From: Balanoglossus misakiensis
Lineage: Eukaryota; Animalia; Hemichordata
Direction: 5' to 3'
NCBI GenBank assembly: GCA_040954595.2
Contig: CM082576.2
Location: 310,001 to 374,000, forward strand
Length of the DNA: 64,000 nucleotides
The position numbers and the translations under genes were made by a program. Of this stretch, positions 38,400 through 51,500 are shown piece after piece. Each line of letters starts with the position of its first letter. Position 1 is the first letter of the stretch. The notes under the pieces are model-generated. The model had not been told where the DNA came from. It worked only from the letters and a program-made list of their open reading frames with translations, and searched no databases.

Positions 38400-39008
38400 C
38401 TTGATGCTCGATCAATTGGCCGTGTCTGAATCCGAGGATGTCGTTAACAGAGTGCGAAGATGGCCATCTGAGTGGTCCAGGATTGGTCGCCATTTGTTTG
38501 GTGTTGACGCTGGATGGGGCTCCGGGACACGGATACGGATAAATGGGATTGTAGAGTGGTCGATGGTCCTTGGCCGGGTCGTAACTGCTGTGTTGCAAGT
38601 GTTGCATGTTGTTGTTGCCGATTTTATTTCGAAGTATCCTGCTGATTGAGCTGACTGACGGAACATTGTACTTGTCACATACGCCGTCGGCCATCAGTCG
38701 GTCTCTGATCTCCCAGGCGAAGATGCCTGGGTCGTGCTGCTTGTAATCTTTAATGTGGTTAACCACAGTCGGCGTGGTGACCCTGGGCTTGCTGCCGCCG
38801 ATAGCGCCCGGCAGTATAGATCCCGTCTCGTTGTAGCGGGCCAAGATTTTGCTGACGCAGCCGTGAGATACCCTCAGCTGCCGGCTGATGTCACATGGCC
38901 GGATACCGAGTTGCGCCAACTCGACGATCCGCAACCGAATCGCGTTAGGTAGCGGTCGACCGTTGACGAACACGCCGCCGAGCTGGTTCACCTCTCCAAA
39001 TGTTTGTT
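38400..39008 (-). CDS. Pax1/9: Pax1/9 exon 2: paired box plus octapeptide
   Basis: ORF 38392..39024; ttcttgaCAG| and G|GTATGT; phase 1-1. Confidence 0.98.
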
Positions 39009-42000
39009 CTGTCAAGAAGTACAAGGGGAAGAAGGCTGATTATTTTACCATTAATATATTTTCCAACTGTCACAAAAACTAGAACAAAATATGTTTTTAA
39101 ATTATAAACCGAGATTTTCGGGATGTTCATATTAGATGAATGGCTATTAACCCTCACTAAATTCAGATAAGCGATTGTATAATATTTAGATAGCGTGAAA
39201 ACACACTTCCGAGCGACAGTGCACACACCAAGACTAAGCGTAAAATCGATTACTCTTGCCAGTAAGGATTTTGATGTGGTAAATTATTCAATAACACAAA
39301 GTTGATAATTGCCGCTAATAACGCCTTGCCCCCCCCCCCCCCCCAAAAAAGAAAGTTTTTGTAGCTTAGAGAAAAGATTCAACACGATTAGATAAAACTG
39401 AGTTAAACCGCGACAATACAACATTTTAAACTTGTATTTGTGTTTACTTCCAATGACTTGACACTCCTAATCGTCTGAAGGGGAAAATGTCTATTCTCGG
39501 TCAATTACAAGCACTACGAAACCATGTACAATGTAGGTCTTTTTACGAAGAATAATCATAAAACTGGCACAGCGAAAAATGACCAAACTGAGTCTTGGAG
39601 ACTGAGAGCGCTTTAGGTGGCTAATGATAATCAGATTAATGGCCGGAGTTTTAATGACACAGGGTTTTCAGTCGTGGTTCGTGTTGTAAGCTTCCACTTG
39701 AAAACACCTCTTCTAATCTTTTATGGAGAGGATATACACCGACGGTATACTCTTTTGAAGTTGTTGAAACAACGTCAGTTAAAAAGTTGGTCATCATCAA
39801 TCAGACTGTACGAGTTAAGTGTCAAACTGAGAATTAATCGATTACGTACAAGATGATGTGAAATGCAATTGTGCTTTTGGGAGATTATTTCTTTCACACT
39901 GACGAGATTTGGTGTATTTTTGGCAAATATGTATTTCACAGGATTCTTAAAGCTCACTTAATTGCGCACAAAAATCATTTTAGCTCTAAGACAAATTTTC
40001 TAGCGACAAAGTTGCACAGATGTACGCATTGACGGTAGAATTGATATTGTGGCAGCGGCAAAGACGGTCAAATACCTTAATCTCAAAGCATGTCTATAAC
40101 TATTGCTCTCAACAGATTCAATCTTTGTGGCAATTTGAAAACGTGTGTCTGGACGTCAAAAATAACTTGAATATACCCCAGGCCTGAAAATTTATTGAGA
40201 TTTTTTATGGACAAAAACAATACATGAATACAACATTTGGAAAGTGTTATAGATCGAATTATGGTCTGGGAAGCACACTCTTCTGTGGACTTCTGACCTC
40301 CAACATTCAAAATAAGGTACTCGTGAGATATTTTAAAATGGCTTTACGAAAATACGCAAGATTATATAATACGTTAGTGTTATGGTGGATTGTGATAATG
40401 TTAACTGTTGACATTTATTTGTCAGAAAATTGTTATTTTTCATAGAATTTTTGAGCTACAAGCAGACATTTGTTTATTTTTGCTGCACTCAAACATCGAG
40501 CCCTTAAAACAGATGAGTTGGGACATAATTTTAATGAATAAAATAATTTAACCCATGTATTATTTGTGTCTATGACTCCCCTTCTGAAAGAAAATGATAA
40601 AACAGAATGTTCGCCGTGGGTTCTTTGGTGACGACCACAATTTCCTTGAACACCGAATCTTTCATCGGGGAATGTGGCCCTTGGCGTGCCGAAATCTAAT
40701 CACAATTTCCCAAACATCTCGAGGTTATCAAGGAACATGATGAAATAATAACTTTTTAATTGCAAGATAAATCTAGTGAGTTTATAATTATGCATGGGTG
40801 GACTTCTATTTGATCCGGTTGAGCGGAGAAGTTTACGTTCCGCTTGCGGACGCCAACTTGTACCACAGCTGTTTCTCGTTCTTCGTGAAGAGGAAAGTTT
40901 CCATCGAGTTTTCCTTCCATGAAAGCCCTGTGTATTCTTTAATTTGATAGAGACAGTGTGGAAAGTATGCAGAATTTCTAACCTGCGCTAAAATGTTTAA
41001 AAACGCAGTAAACGTTCCTGATAATTCCTGGCGATCTAATGCTCATACTTGGCTGACCGTTGCCGCCATATTGAAATATCTCCACAGCATTTTAAAGAAT
41101 GGTTAAGGGACCAGAACTGATTCCCAAATGTAGGAATTCTTGGTCCTGTAAATTGAATATTAATCAACTAACTTCATAATGTTATGGTCACCATTAAATT
41201 ACAGATATTCAAAATTTGACCGTGTTGTTGCAATAATGTTCACTGTGACCCAGATTGCCACGAAGGCCACACTTTCTACCCATTTACGGCAAACCACCGA
41301 TTTCCAAATTTAACATCAAAATCTCTAGTTCTTTTCAATCGTGATAGAAATTTCGAAAACATTACTGAATTTCTAAGCCGTCACAGTTTACAATAATACG
41401 TTTTACTTGAAGGGTAAGGCGATGGGACTTCTAGGCTGCCATATCGCGATCTATGTGGTCTGGTCCCAGCCTGTTTCGGAGCAGTTCAACCCTAACGTTA
41501 CACATAATATCAACAAACAAAAACACGATTTGTAGTTCCCGTTGAAATACATCCCGAATACCTTCAGTGTGTATAGAAAAAAAAGCTTGACGCTCTTTTT
41601 CTCGCCGGGAAAACGTTTACAGGTAGCATGGGAACTTTAGTTTCTGACCAGATTTGTCTACTTACATGAACCTCTACTCTTGTTTCGACGAAATGTATCC
41701 ATATATGAAGACGGAAAACCCATCGTCGCAGACAGACTGGCCAGTTCGGCCCAAAACTATCGGTATGGGCAGAAGACAAACATATCCGTGCTCCAAGCAC
41801 ACTTCGTCGTGGACTTTTGTATATTTTGCCTGGTCTCACGAATTTGACTGTTTAGCTGTCCTGACAAGGGCAGCCAACACATCTGGAAATAATCTGTTGT
41901 GTTCAAAGCGAGTTTTGTTGCTCTTATCGTCTGAGGCGCATGATCTTACATCGCCTTAAGTTCGCCAAACTGTCAACTTTGTTTAACTCGCTGCGCTAAA

Positions 42001-42123
42001 CGAGATTTGCAGGTCTCCCCGATTTGGATCGCAGCAGAATGAAAGAAAAAATAATCTGCCTTTGGATGGTGATTGCTCGAGGTTTTTCAATGAACCGTAC
42101 AAAAAGAGAGATTTGTGGCTTAC

Positions 42124-42139
42124 CCATTCCGAAATGCAT
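42124..42139 (-). CDS. Pax1/9: Pax1/9 exon 1 coding part (MHFGM + G)
   Basis: ATGCATTTCGGAATGG|GTAAGC. The phase-1 G joins AA CAA ACA to give MEQTFGE, the ATG G|gt arrangement typical of Pax1/9. Confidence 0.8.
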
Positions 42140-42379
42140 GGATCTTGTGTGTAGTGGGTTTCCCCGAGAGTCAAGGTGTAAAGTGCGTTGAGCCTGTTCG
42201 GACACTGGTCTATAATCAGACTAGTTTATGAAGCAGAGGGGTTACAAGTGAGTGACACCGGCCGAGGTTTGTCTGACTTCGTCAAAAACTGGGGGGTCTT
42301 CGCCTTGGTTTGTCCAAGTCAGCTCTCGAGCAAGTCAAACTGCAATTAGCAGTATGAAAGGCAGTATCATATGAAGTGC

Positions 42380-42560
42380 GACTTGTCTCGCTCTATGTAT
42401 CTTAAGTCTGCTCCGACGTGACTTCTCCGCTCTGTCCTCATCGCCATGCATTCACTGAACGCTAATTAATTGGGCGAACGGCTCTCCCATTGGTCGCCTG
42501 TCGGTAACTTGTCAATCATACGCTAAGTGAGTCGGGCAGCACGCGTGCTCACTAAACGAA
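42380..42560 (-). promoter_or_regulatory. Candidate Pax1/9 proximal promoter
   Basis: Two CCAAT boxes on the minus strand (42469-42473, 42489-42493), TAATTA (42463-42468) and TGATTGACA (42510-42518), about 330-380 bp upstream of the ATG. Confidence 0.55.
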
Positions 42561-45500
42561 ATCTATTTTGCTAGCTGATCGATATAAACATAACGGGCAA
42601 GCGCTTAGATAAATATAAATTCCGAACGTTTTGTCCACACACTTATTTTTTCAGGATTGTGTTTGCCTGTTTGACTTTCTACCAAAAAGGGGTAATGGAT
42701 TTTCTTCCGAAGGGACGTGGATGCTACCGCTGGATCGGCTCGATGTCAACAATACCCGGAACACACGCAACCCTTTTTAATTTTCATTGGGTACATTTTA
42801 GGAAGGGGAAAGTTGCGAGGCCTAAACTTCGTGGGTTTGCTGGGTCTTGTTTACTTTTCCCATGCAAGTTCCACCAAGTGTCGTGCCGTGAAATCGAAAC
42901 TTTTTAACTCCGCCCTGTGGGATAAAAAATCAAGTTGTCAATACCTTGTGATATTATGCTGTTGAAATGGACACCACAAAGTCCGTGTTGTGTATAAAAA
43001 AAACCTAGCTTACCAATGCTACGACAACTTGCAACTTGCGTGACAGAACATCTCAAGGTGTGCAAGAATTCACTACAAATGCGTTTACCGTCGCAAGGAT
43101 AATTTGATGCCCACAGAGGGGAAAAGTTGTGGGACTAAAGGCGTTCATAGTGTTTTATTCATCGTCATGACTTGCCAGTTTTACTTTTTTGTATTCTACA
43201 ACTCGTCTCCCGGGGGTCGTTGAACAGAACTTAACTGAGCCGGTGTATTCGTTTTCCCCGCTTACTTAACTCGCATTCAACAGCGCGTTGGAAAAACACC
43301 GTTGGACAGCATTCTTTGTTTAAAAGGCTTGCCCATTCATCGTCTAACGCCTTAAGCCTACTCGATGACTAAAATCTGGCTATGTACACCGCCACTCGAT
43401 ACCATTCCTGCGGCAACGCGTGGTGATTGGGTCCCCATTTTCTGGGTTTGGCAACACCTTCTCCGCCACCGTCGTTTGGCGCTATGTTCTTCTGTACAGT
43501 ACGCTGGCAGCCTGACACAAAAAGAGTATTCACAGAAAAAACACAACGATAAAATTACTACCATAACATGACGAATTTCAAGTATACTTTGCATTGAAAG
43601 CGTTCTGGGCGGGACAGAAATTACCCTTTCTGGTCGCATCACTGAGAATGGACTATACGTTCTCTTTTGTCATGGGGCCTCCCAACAGCAGCGAACAACT
43701 TTACGCCATACATGTCGCTGTGTGACAGTGACTGAAGACCAAAGGGCCAGCCCTTGCATTACCCTTCATAATGCCTCATTCTTGGTAGAATTCTTTAAGC
43801 ATCATTAAAATCCCTCTCCCTCCACTTTAAAGAGTGTATCCACTCACACAGGTAGCTAACACTGTTATTTACCCATCATCAATCTGACAAAAAATGCCAC
43901 CGTCTGTCAGGAGCTGTCAGGAGTCAATCCCGTGGCTACTGTGGGTACTCATCATGGGGCACTGGCTGACAAAGACGAGCAGGTTACCCCAGGCGACCTT
44001 TCCTTTTAAGCGCATGACAATAAGGACTCGGAGAATATGTCTATAAATTGCAATTATAGCCATTTTGCTTGGCTATTAATCGTGTAAGGGTCTCAATTAC
44101 AGCAGAGGTACATTAAAGACATCGAAATTGTTTACTTCGCCATTTGAAATAAATGGGTGACAAAATTCCGGTATAGCCGAGGCACTTGATGAATCACGGT
44201 GTATGCCTCTATTGTTACAACCATTGCTATGGCGACTGTGCTGTCAATCAAATTTACCCGCATAGACCCCGAGAAGCCAAGCCGTATAAACAGAATGAGT
44301 CTCTTCCCTGGTTACTCGGGAAACGGCGATGGCAAGTTTTGTCAGGTGAAATCACTCCATCAACGGACCAACATTTCCGAATCCGGTTAGCTTACACCGA
44401 GGTGGGCCAGGTGTAACACAAGCTGCCCACTTTGCTATGAATCTGTATTGTGTGCCGTGGTCTAGCCATTAAAGGTAGATGAAAAGCGCGGACATGCCAA
44501 TTGTTTGAGACATTCCCTGTCTGTTTCTGGATCAGTTTAACTTTACCAGTCACCTGTAAGTTGCTATTATTCGCCATTGTATGACATGTATTTCACAGCG
44601 CTCTCCCTAGCTCTCTCGGTTTCTCGAAGAGGATAACAAAGGATTAGCAGCTCAAATTTTTCAACAGCACCAGAATTTTAATCTTAGACAGAGCAAATAC
44701 CCCTTCCCATTCCCACTTGGTATAACAGTGAACACGAAGCTGAATTAAAATGCTCTATTGGTCCGACAATTGTGGGCATCACTTACAAGTTACGCTTTGA
44801 TTAATTATAACTTCGAGTTATGTCAAACCAGAGGAAAAGAATAATAATTATCTGCGTAACCATATCTTGAAAGTGTCATTAGGTTTCCTATATCAGCACT
44901 TTACCTATAATTTCATTTCGCAGGTCAATATGTTACGGTCTCTCACATTTTAAAGTTTTTTTTTTCAAAGACTATACTTTCTTCTTGAAACAAAAACGAA
45001 GAAAAACTACTTGAATCAATGCGTGACAAAGATGCCATTGTTTTCAATAATTGCCATCATCGCCATATAACTTGTCATCATTTCAAGCTGAATTCTGTCA
45101 GTAAGATGAGTGTTCTCTGGATGAGTTTAGATAAGAGCTTGGCATGTCTATATCCCAAATAGACTGTGGTATTCCGCATGTAATTGCCTTTTTGGATGTA
45201 GAAGTATGCTTAGTGTAGGTACAAAAGTTAGTGTAGGTTTAAAAGTGGAAACTTTGAATGGAAATAGTTGGTCCAAACAGCATTCAAAGCACCCGCCGCA
45301 CTCATTTACAAACACTGGCCTTGACTTGACGTGCTTCTGTCCACAGTATTATCGAGGAATCACTTTCATTCAAAGTTCAATATCAACCTGTTGATTTTCA
45401 TTGTTGACTTTGGGGTCTGTTCACAGAGAAAGCTATAGGTTGCGCGTTCAACATTCCGGCGCGCCACTGGCTGAAAGAATGTGGTCTGCAAATGCAGCCA

Positions 45501-48500
45501 TAAGACCCGGACTTCGTCGGAATTAGCAATAAAACCAGTAACACTGATTAAGACACAGATATAGTACTGCAGTTGTCTTTTACCGCAGCAAATAACAATT
45601 GTATGACCAAAAAGCCAAGGCACGGATCCATTTCACTTGAGTATTCATCCGTCAAAAAACTTCCGGATGTCTTTCAGTCAAAATTGCCACGCAAAAATTG
45701 TGTGAGAGTTTCCCGTCACACAGCATCAACGGAATACTTGAATTCAGCAACACAAAGTTATTCTAACAGTAACCTTAGATTTTAGAGAAATATTTGGAAA
45801 GTTTTTTCAAGTCAACATTCTCTCAAACTGCAGGGTAAATGTTAAAGTGAGTGGGAAGATGATTGGAGCAAATCGCCGTGCCTGTAGGTAAGAGCTTTGC
45901 CCATTTCATCACTCAGTATCGCGCATTTCATCACTTCATTTTCAGTGACTGACGATAAGGAATTTACCGGGGCTATAACAAGTGAGAAAAACATATCCAA
46001 TGAAAGACAATTCATAGATTCCACTGGAACATTTGTTGATTTTTAAAACCCTCTTCCAGACAGACCATTCAGATACAAAATTATCAAAACAACTGTCCAT
46101 GAGTGTGTATGGAAATCAGTTACTCATTCTAACAAATACCTTTACCCATCGAATATCAGATGTAACCTTCTGTTAGTAAATTTTGAGACGGTATAGTTAA
46201 TGCACAAACAGTCTACTGTCTATGCTTAATGGTCAGATCAGGCAAATTGATTTTGTCATAATGTAGCTTATTTGTGGTCAAACCCTCACGAACCTTTTCC
46301 CAGCAAATGTTGTTCTGCTCTCATTTCCATGTTGCCATGTCCAAGGGCAGAAAGATAAGACCAGATACCAACTGTTTTGCAGACCTTTCTGTTTGACCGT
46401 TTTTGTCACTTTGCAATCGATACCATTGCACGTTCAACCTGCCAGTTTGCCGAAAATTGAAATCCTTCACCGGCAAGATGTGCTGTTTGCCATTATTATA
46501 TCGAAAATATTTATTGTTTACATTTTAACACGTTTTCAAGATATCCCAAAGTCTTAGATGGTGAAAGGTTCACATTTGAGTAACGGCGTGAAAGTTTTAC
46601 GCACAGAATTCCCAAATTGGACATTTTAGATTACTCTGCTTTGTGGCAATTCCCAAGACAAAACCGCCAGTGATTCGTTTGGTTAAAGGATTATGGCGAT
46701 TTAACCAGAAATCGATCAGTTGTGACCAATGTCATGTACACACTTGAGTCAAAGTCGGAAGTTTTTTACTCTGAGCTTTGTGTTTAGTCAACAAGTTCCG
46801 TTTGACCTGGTTGGCCTGGTTTGGTTATAGTGACTACAGCTGGACTTTGTGAACTTGACTAAAACGCCGGTTGGACGTTTGTCATCAGGCGATGAGGTGT
46901 TTTATCTTTATCATATCTGAAATTCTGGGTTTCTTTTGAATAAAGAAAAACGTTTAATGACAAGCAATTATATGTCTGTACCACAACAAATCGTTGGATG
47001 TTTAACAGTGGACTCATTTTAGCATACACACGGATTTGAAAATACTAGGAATATCGACAGGTGATATTTCGAAACAAAATCAGTGCAGTAAGTGTACAGT
47101 AGTGATAATTCCAAGTGACTGATGAATGTGTAACTCAAACTTTTTCGTTTTGAAATGACTTTCGGTTGCGTCGTTGAACGAGGTCGGAACAAGAACAGAA
47201 CTGACCCAAGTGATTCTAAGTACTATAGCTGCTGTCCTTTTCTCGGAAAGACTTCGGGTAAAGAGCATCTGTTTCGAAGCCCAACACTTGGTGGAAAGAA
47301 CAAAAATATCAAGCTAATGATTAGATCCCGCACCAGGAGAACCCTTTGCCACCTGTTGACTTGGGTTTCGGCGAGGACTGCCGAGCTGTTACTAACACCA
47401 TTTTTCCAAAGTGCGTGATTCCAACGGCATTGGGTGACTTGACAACGCATGTTGTAGGCTGACCACGCGGGAAGGGCCACATCTTATTGAATGTCATCAC
47501 GGGATATTGATGGTCTTTTTGTGCGCTACCAGGATTTGGCGGGTATTACTTCACAACAAGAAATCACTTGTCAAATTTGCACACAAGGCGTAACCAGATC
47601 GGGTTAGCCTATATTACTGAGTGGACCACCCAGGGACAAGGGTTCGTAGGTGATTGCGTTCGATACTCGGCCCCCATGTCAGGGATCGCATTTCGTGCAG
47701 CGACCTACACAAGACTTCGCTTGTAGGGTGCCTTCTTCCCTCCTTCCGATCTCTTCATTCAAGCAATAATATCTTAGAAGCAACCCCTCTTTTAATTCGA
47801 AGATTTTCCCCGTTATCTTTAGGTAAAGAAAAAAGGCAGCTGGCAAAATTTCTTCCGTTTGATCTTGGAAAATTGTCAGCAATTTTTCCCGCGGTCGTTT
47901 TTTAATTTCATCGAAAAGTCGCGGCAAGCGCACTTTTCCGTGTTATATTTTCTATAACGAATGAAATAATGATACATTTAGCTCGTATAATCATTTTATT
48001 TGAAATAAAGATGAATGTTAACGGGTTCGAGAGACGAAGTCAGAATGCCAGGCAGAAGATGTAAAAGCAGAGAATGAGTACTCGTAAATTTCTACGGCCA
48101 GTTTTAAATTTTATTTCGATCACGGCTAGTAAGTCAGGTATGTTATGTTTTAGTATTATGATGGCCTTGAGTGCAATTGAAATAATCTGAAACTTACTTT
48201 AAATTAGGGTGAAAGGAATGCCATCTGAATCATTAGTACCGAAATAAAGTAAAGAACAGGACACTCCAGTATAATTTCGTTCTCTTTCGTGGTAACTGAC
48301 GAAATTAATTCAATCGATGTATGTGACGATATATCGCCACAACACATGCGTCTCTCTTAGCACAGCCCGAAATTCTTTGAACGTTTTGAAAATAGAATTT
48401 TGACTTTTACATTAAGTTATCAGCCCTCATTCGACTTCATACGCGTTAGAGATACCGTAGAGTTACTTTAAACGATTCGATTATCAGTAAAAGCTCACGA

Positions 48501-51500
48501 TCCTTGCACAACGCAAAGGCAACGTATTTTATTTACTGTTTAAAATCCAACGCCTTTCCAGTGCCTAAAGACAAGGTCCGTGACATTGGCTGAAATTCAA
48601 CTGACCGCAAGCAATGATTGAGACATTGTTTACTTCTTATTTGCAAACCCTTCAAACCAGACTGAATTAGTCCACTGATGTTCGTGTCATTTGGACGGTC
48701 CCCGTTGCACCGATCTGACTACAATCAACAAGGCTTTGACTTCTGAACCTAAATCAGTAACACATTTCGCTGTTGTCGAGGCTTTAGGTGAAGTCTCGAG
48801 AATTAGTTTGAGAGAAAGGTTTCCTCGCGGAGGAAACTGACATTAAAATAGTTGGATAAATACCACTTTTTTATGTATGGCAGCGTTTGTACCCAAACAC
48901 CTCTGCTTTGTATATTTTCTTCGTCTGCATTGTAATGCAACTATAATTTGTTGCCATGAACGGTTACGCAGTTTCAAGTGTCAGACGAAAGACCATTGAT
49001 GGCCTCGTCTTAATTCATCATGTAGCAAGAGTGACAAGTTCATGAACACACACACACACACGAAACTGAGACATTGAAGAACCTACGATAAACGGTCAAA
49101 ACACTACACTACCGACTTCGCGCAATGTGACAAAAGATAATGACAGAAGTTTTTTTAAGTGAGCACTTCCATTTATCAATCTCAGCCAAACTTAGGAAAT
49201 TGTCTCTGATATAAAATCATTGGAGAAGATTGACACTAATGATCTTCTTTGCTGAACAAAATACTATACCAGCTAGTAAAAGAAATCTTTAAGATTGAAA
49301 ATGGGGTATTTCGATATGACTTGAAATTGCGAAGATAGTGACAATTCAGAAACTCAGCCAATGTCATGGTGCACAAACTATAAAATATAATACAAAACAC
49401 CATAGGTTTAAAATGAGTGAAAGATTACCGTTGAAGTCAAATTCTAAGAAGTGTAATAGAAAGAGCTCAGTATACGAAGTCGATTTTTTTTACAATATCG
49501 ATAAAATCAAATCGCAATTGAAAGTACAGCACTCACAATGGATTTCTCATAAAACACTATAATTGTATTCCCCACATAAAGAAATCAAACAAGAAAAAAG
49601 TGTTAAAGAAGGTTAATGGAATGATTGCACAGTAAATGTGATATCTTTCAAAGTTTGGTGCGTGCTTTTAACTTTTGTTGACTGGAATCTTAACCGTAAC
49701 TAACGGCTAGAAGTGTTAGGCACTTTGGGATTGTGCGTCCTTCTTAGGAAGATTCGGATCACCTTCAGACACATTTAACCGAACATTTAAGGTTATTTGC
49801 CCACGCTTGAGTAACTTAGGTTCAAAATGACACCGTTTGGGTCTTTCAAGAATATTCGACCGAGAGTGAAGGCGTACTATCGACGCGGTTAACCCCACTC
49901 CCACCCGGCCATCTGTCAGGTTTTGTCCGCTTGGCTCGCTCTGTTGCCGGAGATGGGCCTTTTATCTTTTGGCTAATAACGTGTCTGAACTCAGTGAAGG
50001 ATCTCGGCCAACAATCAGATCTATCACTGTTGTCAAAAGAAGTTCAAAGAAGTTTAAGAGTCCATGAGACAGCTATCGAGCTAGTCAATGTCTCGGAGCG
50101 ACTTTATTTCTGGCCACAAAATCGACGCAAGAGTGCCCCTTTTTGAAAACGACGTTAAGTGGATTCGGTATTGAAGTGCACGTAGTCCGAGTCGCTTTGA
50201 TATCTTGTCGGCCGTTCTTGGGGACGACATGACCCCTGCAACTTGAGGAGAACGATTTTATTGTGCCATTTTCTTTTTTTGTTGCGTCATTATATTTTGA
50301 CATGACTGCAGCTATCATTAATGGATTTCGCTTTTTGACGGTACTTCCCTGTGTAAATATGAGTGCAATAGGGATTTCTAGAACACTGGTAATGTGACGA
50401 TGTGGTTTCGTCTTTTATTCCAAAGTTGCTTTTTTCACCATCCCAACACATCTTTCAATGACACAATCCGTCCTTTAACGCCTCCTGCAATCTGAATCTA
50501 TTTCGGATTGTTTGTTTCCTCTAATGTCGATGTCAAATCACTTTTGTTGATACTTGACGTTGAAAACCAAAAATGTCTATTGTTTTTCGTCCCTTGCATC
50601 GTTATCTGGGTGAGAAATAGCGACTATTTTCTTTATCCTGTACATTATCGCTTCAAATCTGACCTGTGTGCTCTGACAGAATTTCTCGAAAACAAAAAAA
50701 ATATCAAGCTGTCGAGGCTTGAGCTTGCCTGGTCGACATATGTATTATATCATGCAAATATGTGTGAAACGTCGAACACAAGACTCGATGAACGATTCTG
50801 ACCGATGACGTAAACAACTCATGAAATCGTATGAATATGGAAATGTATTTCCATAAAAAATACAATCAAAAGGTCAGCGGACCGCCGTTTAGTTGTGACA
50901 TTTGTTACGTAAATTTAAACATAATTCGTAATGTCTTCCGACTTTGCGTTGACATCAGACCACTATACACTCTGAGACTGAAACTGCTATAAATACTGCC
51001 ATTCTGCTTACGACTGAGTTACTTTTCCTTCGTGCAGCTGCAAGTGTCGATCCCTTAATATTTATCTGTGAACGAACTTATATCCACATTCTCTCATCTG
51101 TTTGATAATTTCTTACCTGGTAAATATGAGAATACGCCAGGTTTGTCACCGAAATAGACACCGCAGACAAAATAGAGGCCGGTGCAAACTTTGGTCACAG
51201 GTGGGATTTTCAGGAACTTTTACCCTTGAATGAGAAATGTTGCTTTTCTAAAGCCGTTTCCTTCACGCGTCTGAAGATGACTTATGATTGATGTCAGAAT
51301 GTGATGTCGTTAAAAAGTTTGATAAATGCATCTACCTTAATTGCAAGCTCAGGTATTCTACATCACCACATTTGGTGGAGAGACGTGATTGTTCACATTG
51401 TCGATTCCAGTTCCTTCAATGGTTGCGACAATGGCGTAATACCTGAAACTGGCACTTGATGAGTACCTCGTGAAATATTACTGATCAAGATACGTGTACA

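Larger units (their letters stand above)
24825..42139 (-). other. Pax1/9: Pax1/9 paired-box transcription factor, gene span (5 coding exons, 1152 nt, about 383 aa)
   Basis: Group I paired domain ([64 protein letters not shown]), octapeptide HSVNDILG, no homeodomain; phases are consistent across all exons. Confidence 0.95.

Noticed and set aside
38383-39082. Antisense and alternate-frame ORFs over the paired box
   Set aside because: Shadows of the GC-rich Pax1/9 exon 2.
41103-41151. Short imperfect inverted repeat GGACCAGAA / TTCTTGGTCC
   Set aside because: Too short and degenerate to call a transposon or structured RNA.
41666-41723. Alternative Pax1/9 first exon MGFPSSYMDTFRRNKSRGS with a GTAAGT donor
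   Set aside because: It ends in a phase-1 T, which joined to the AA of exon 2 creates TAA. The 42124-42139 exon fits instead. It might still be a non-coding or poison exon.
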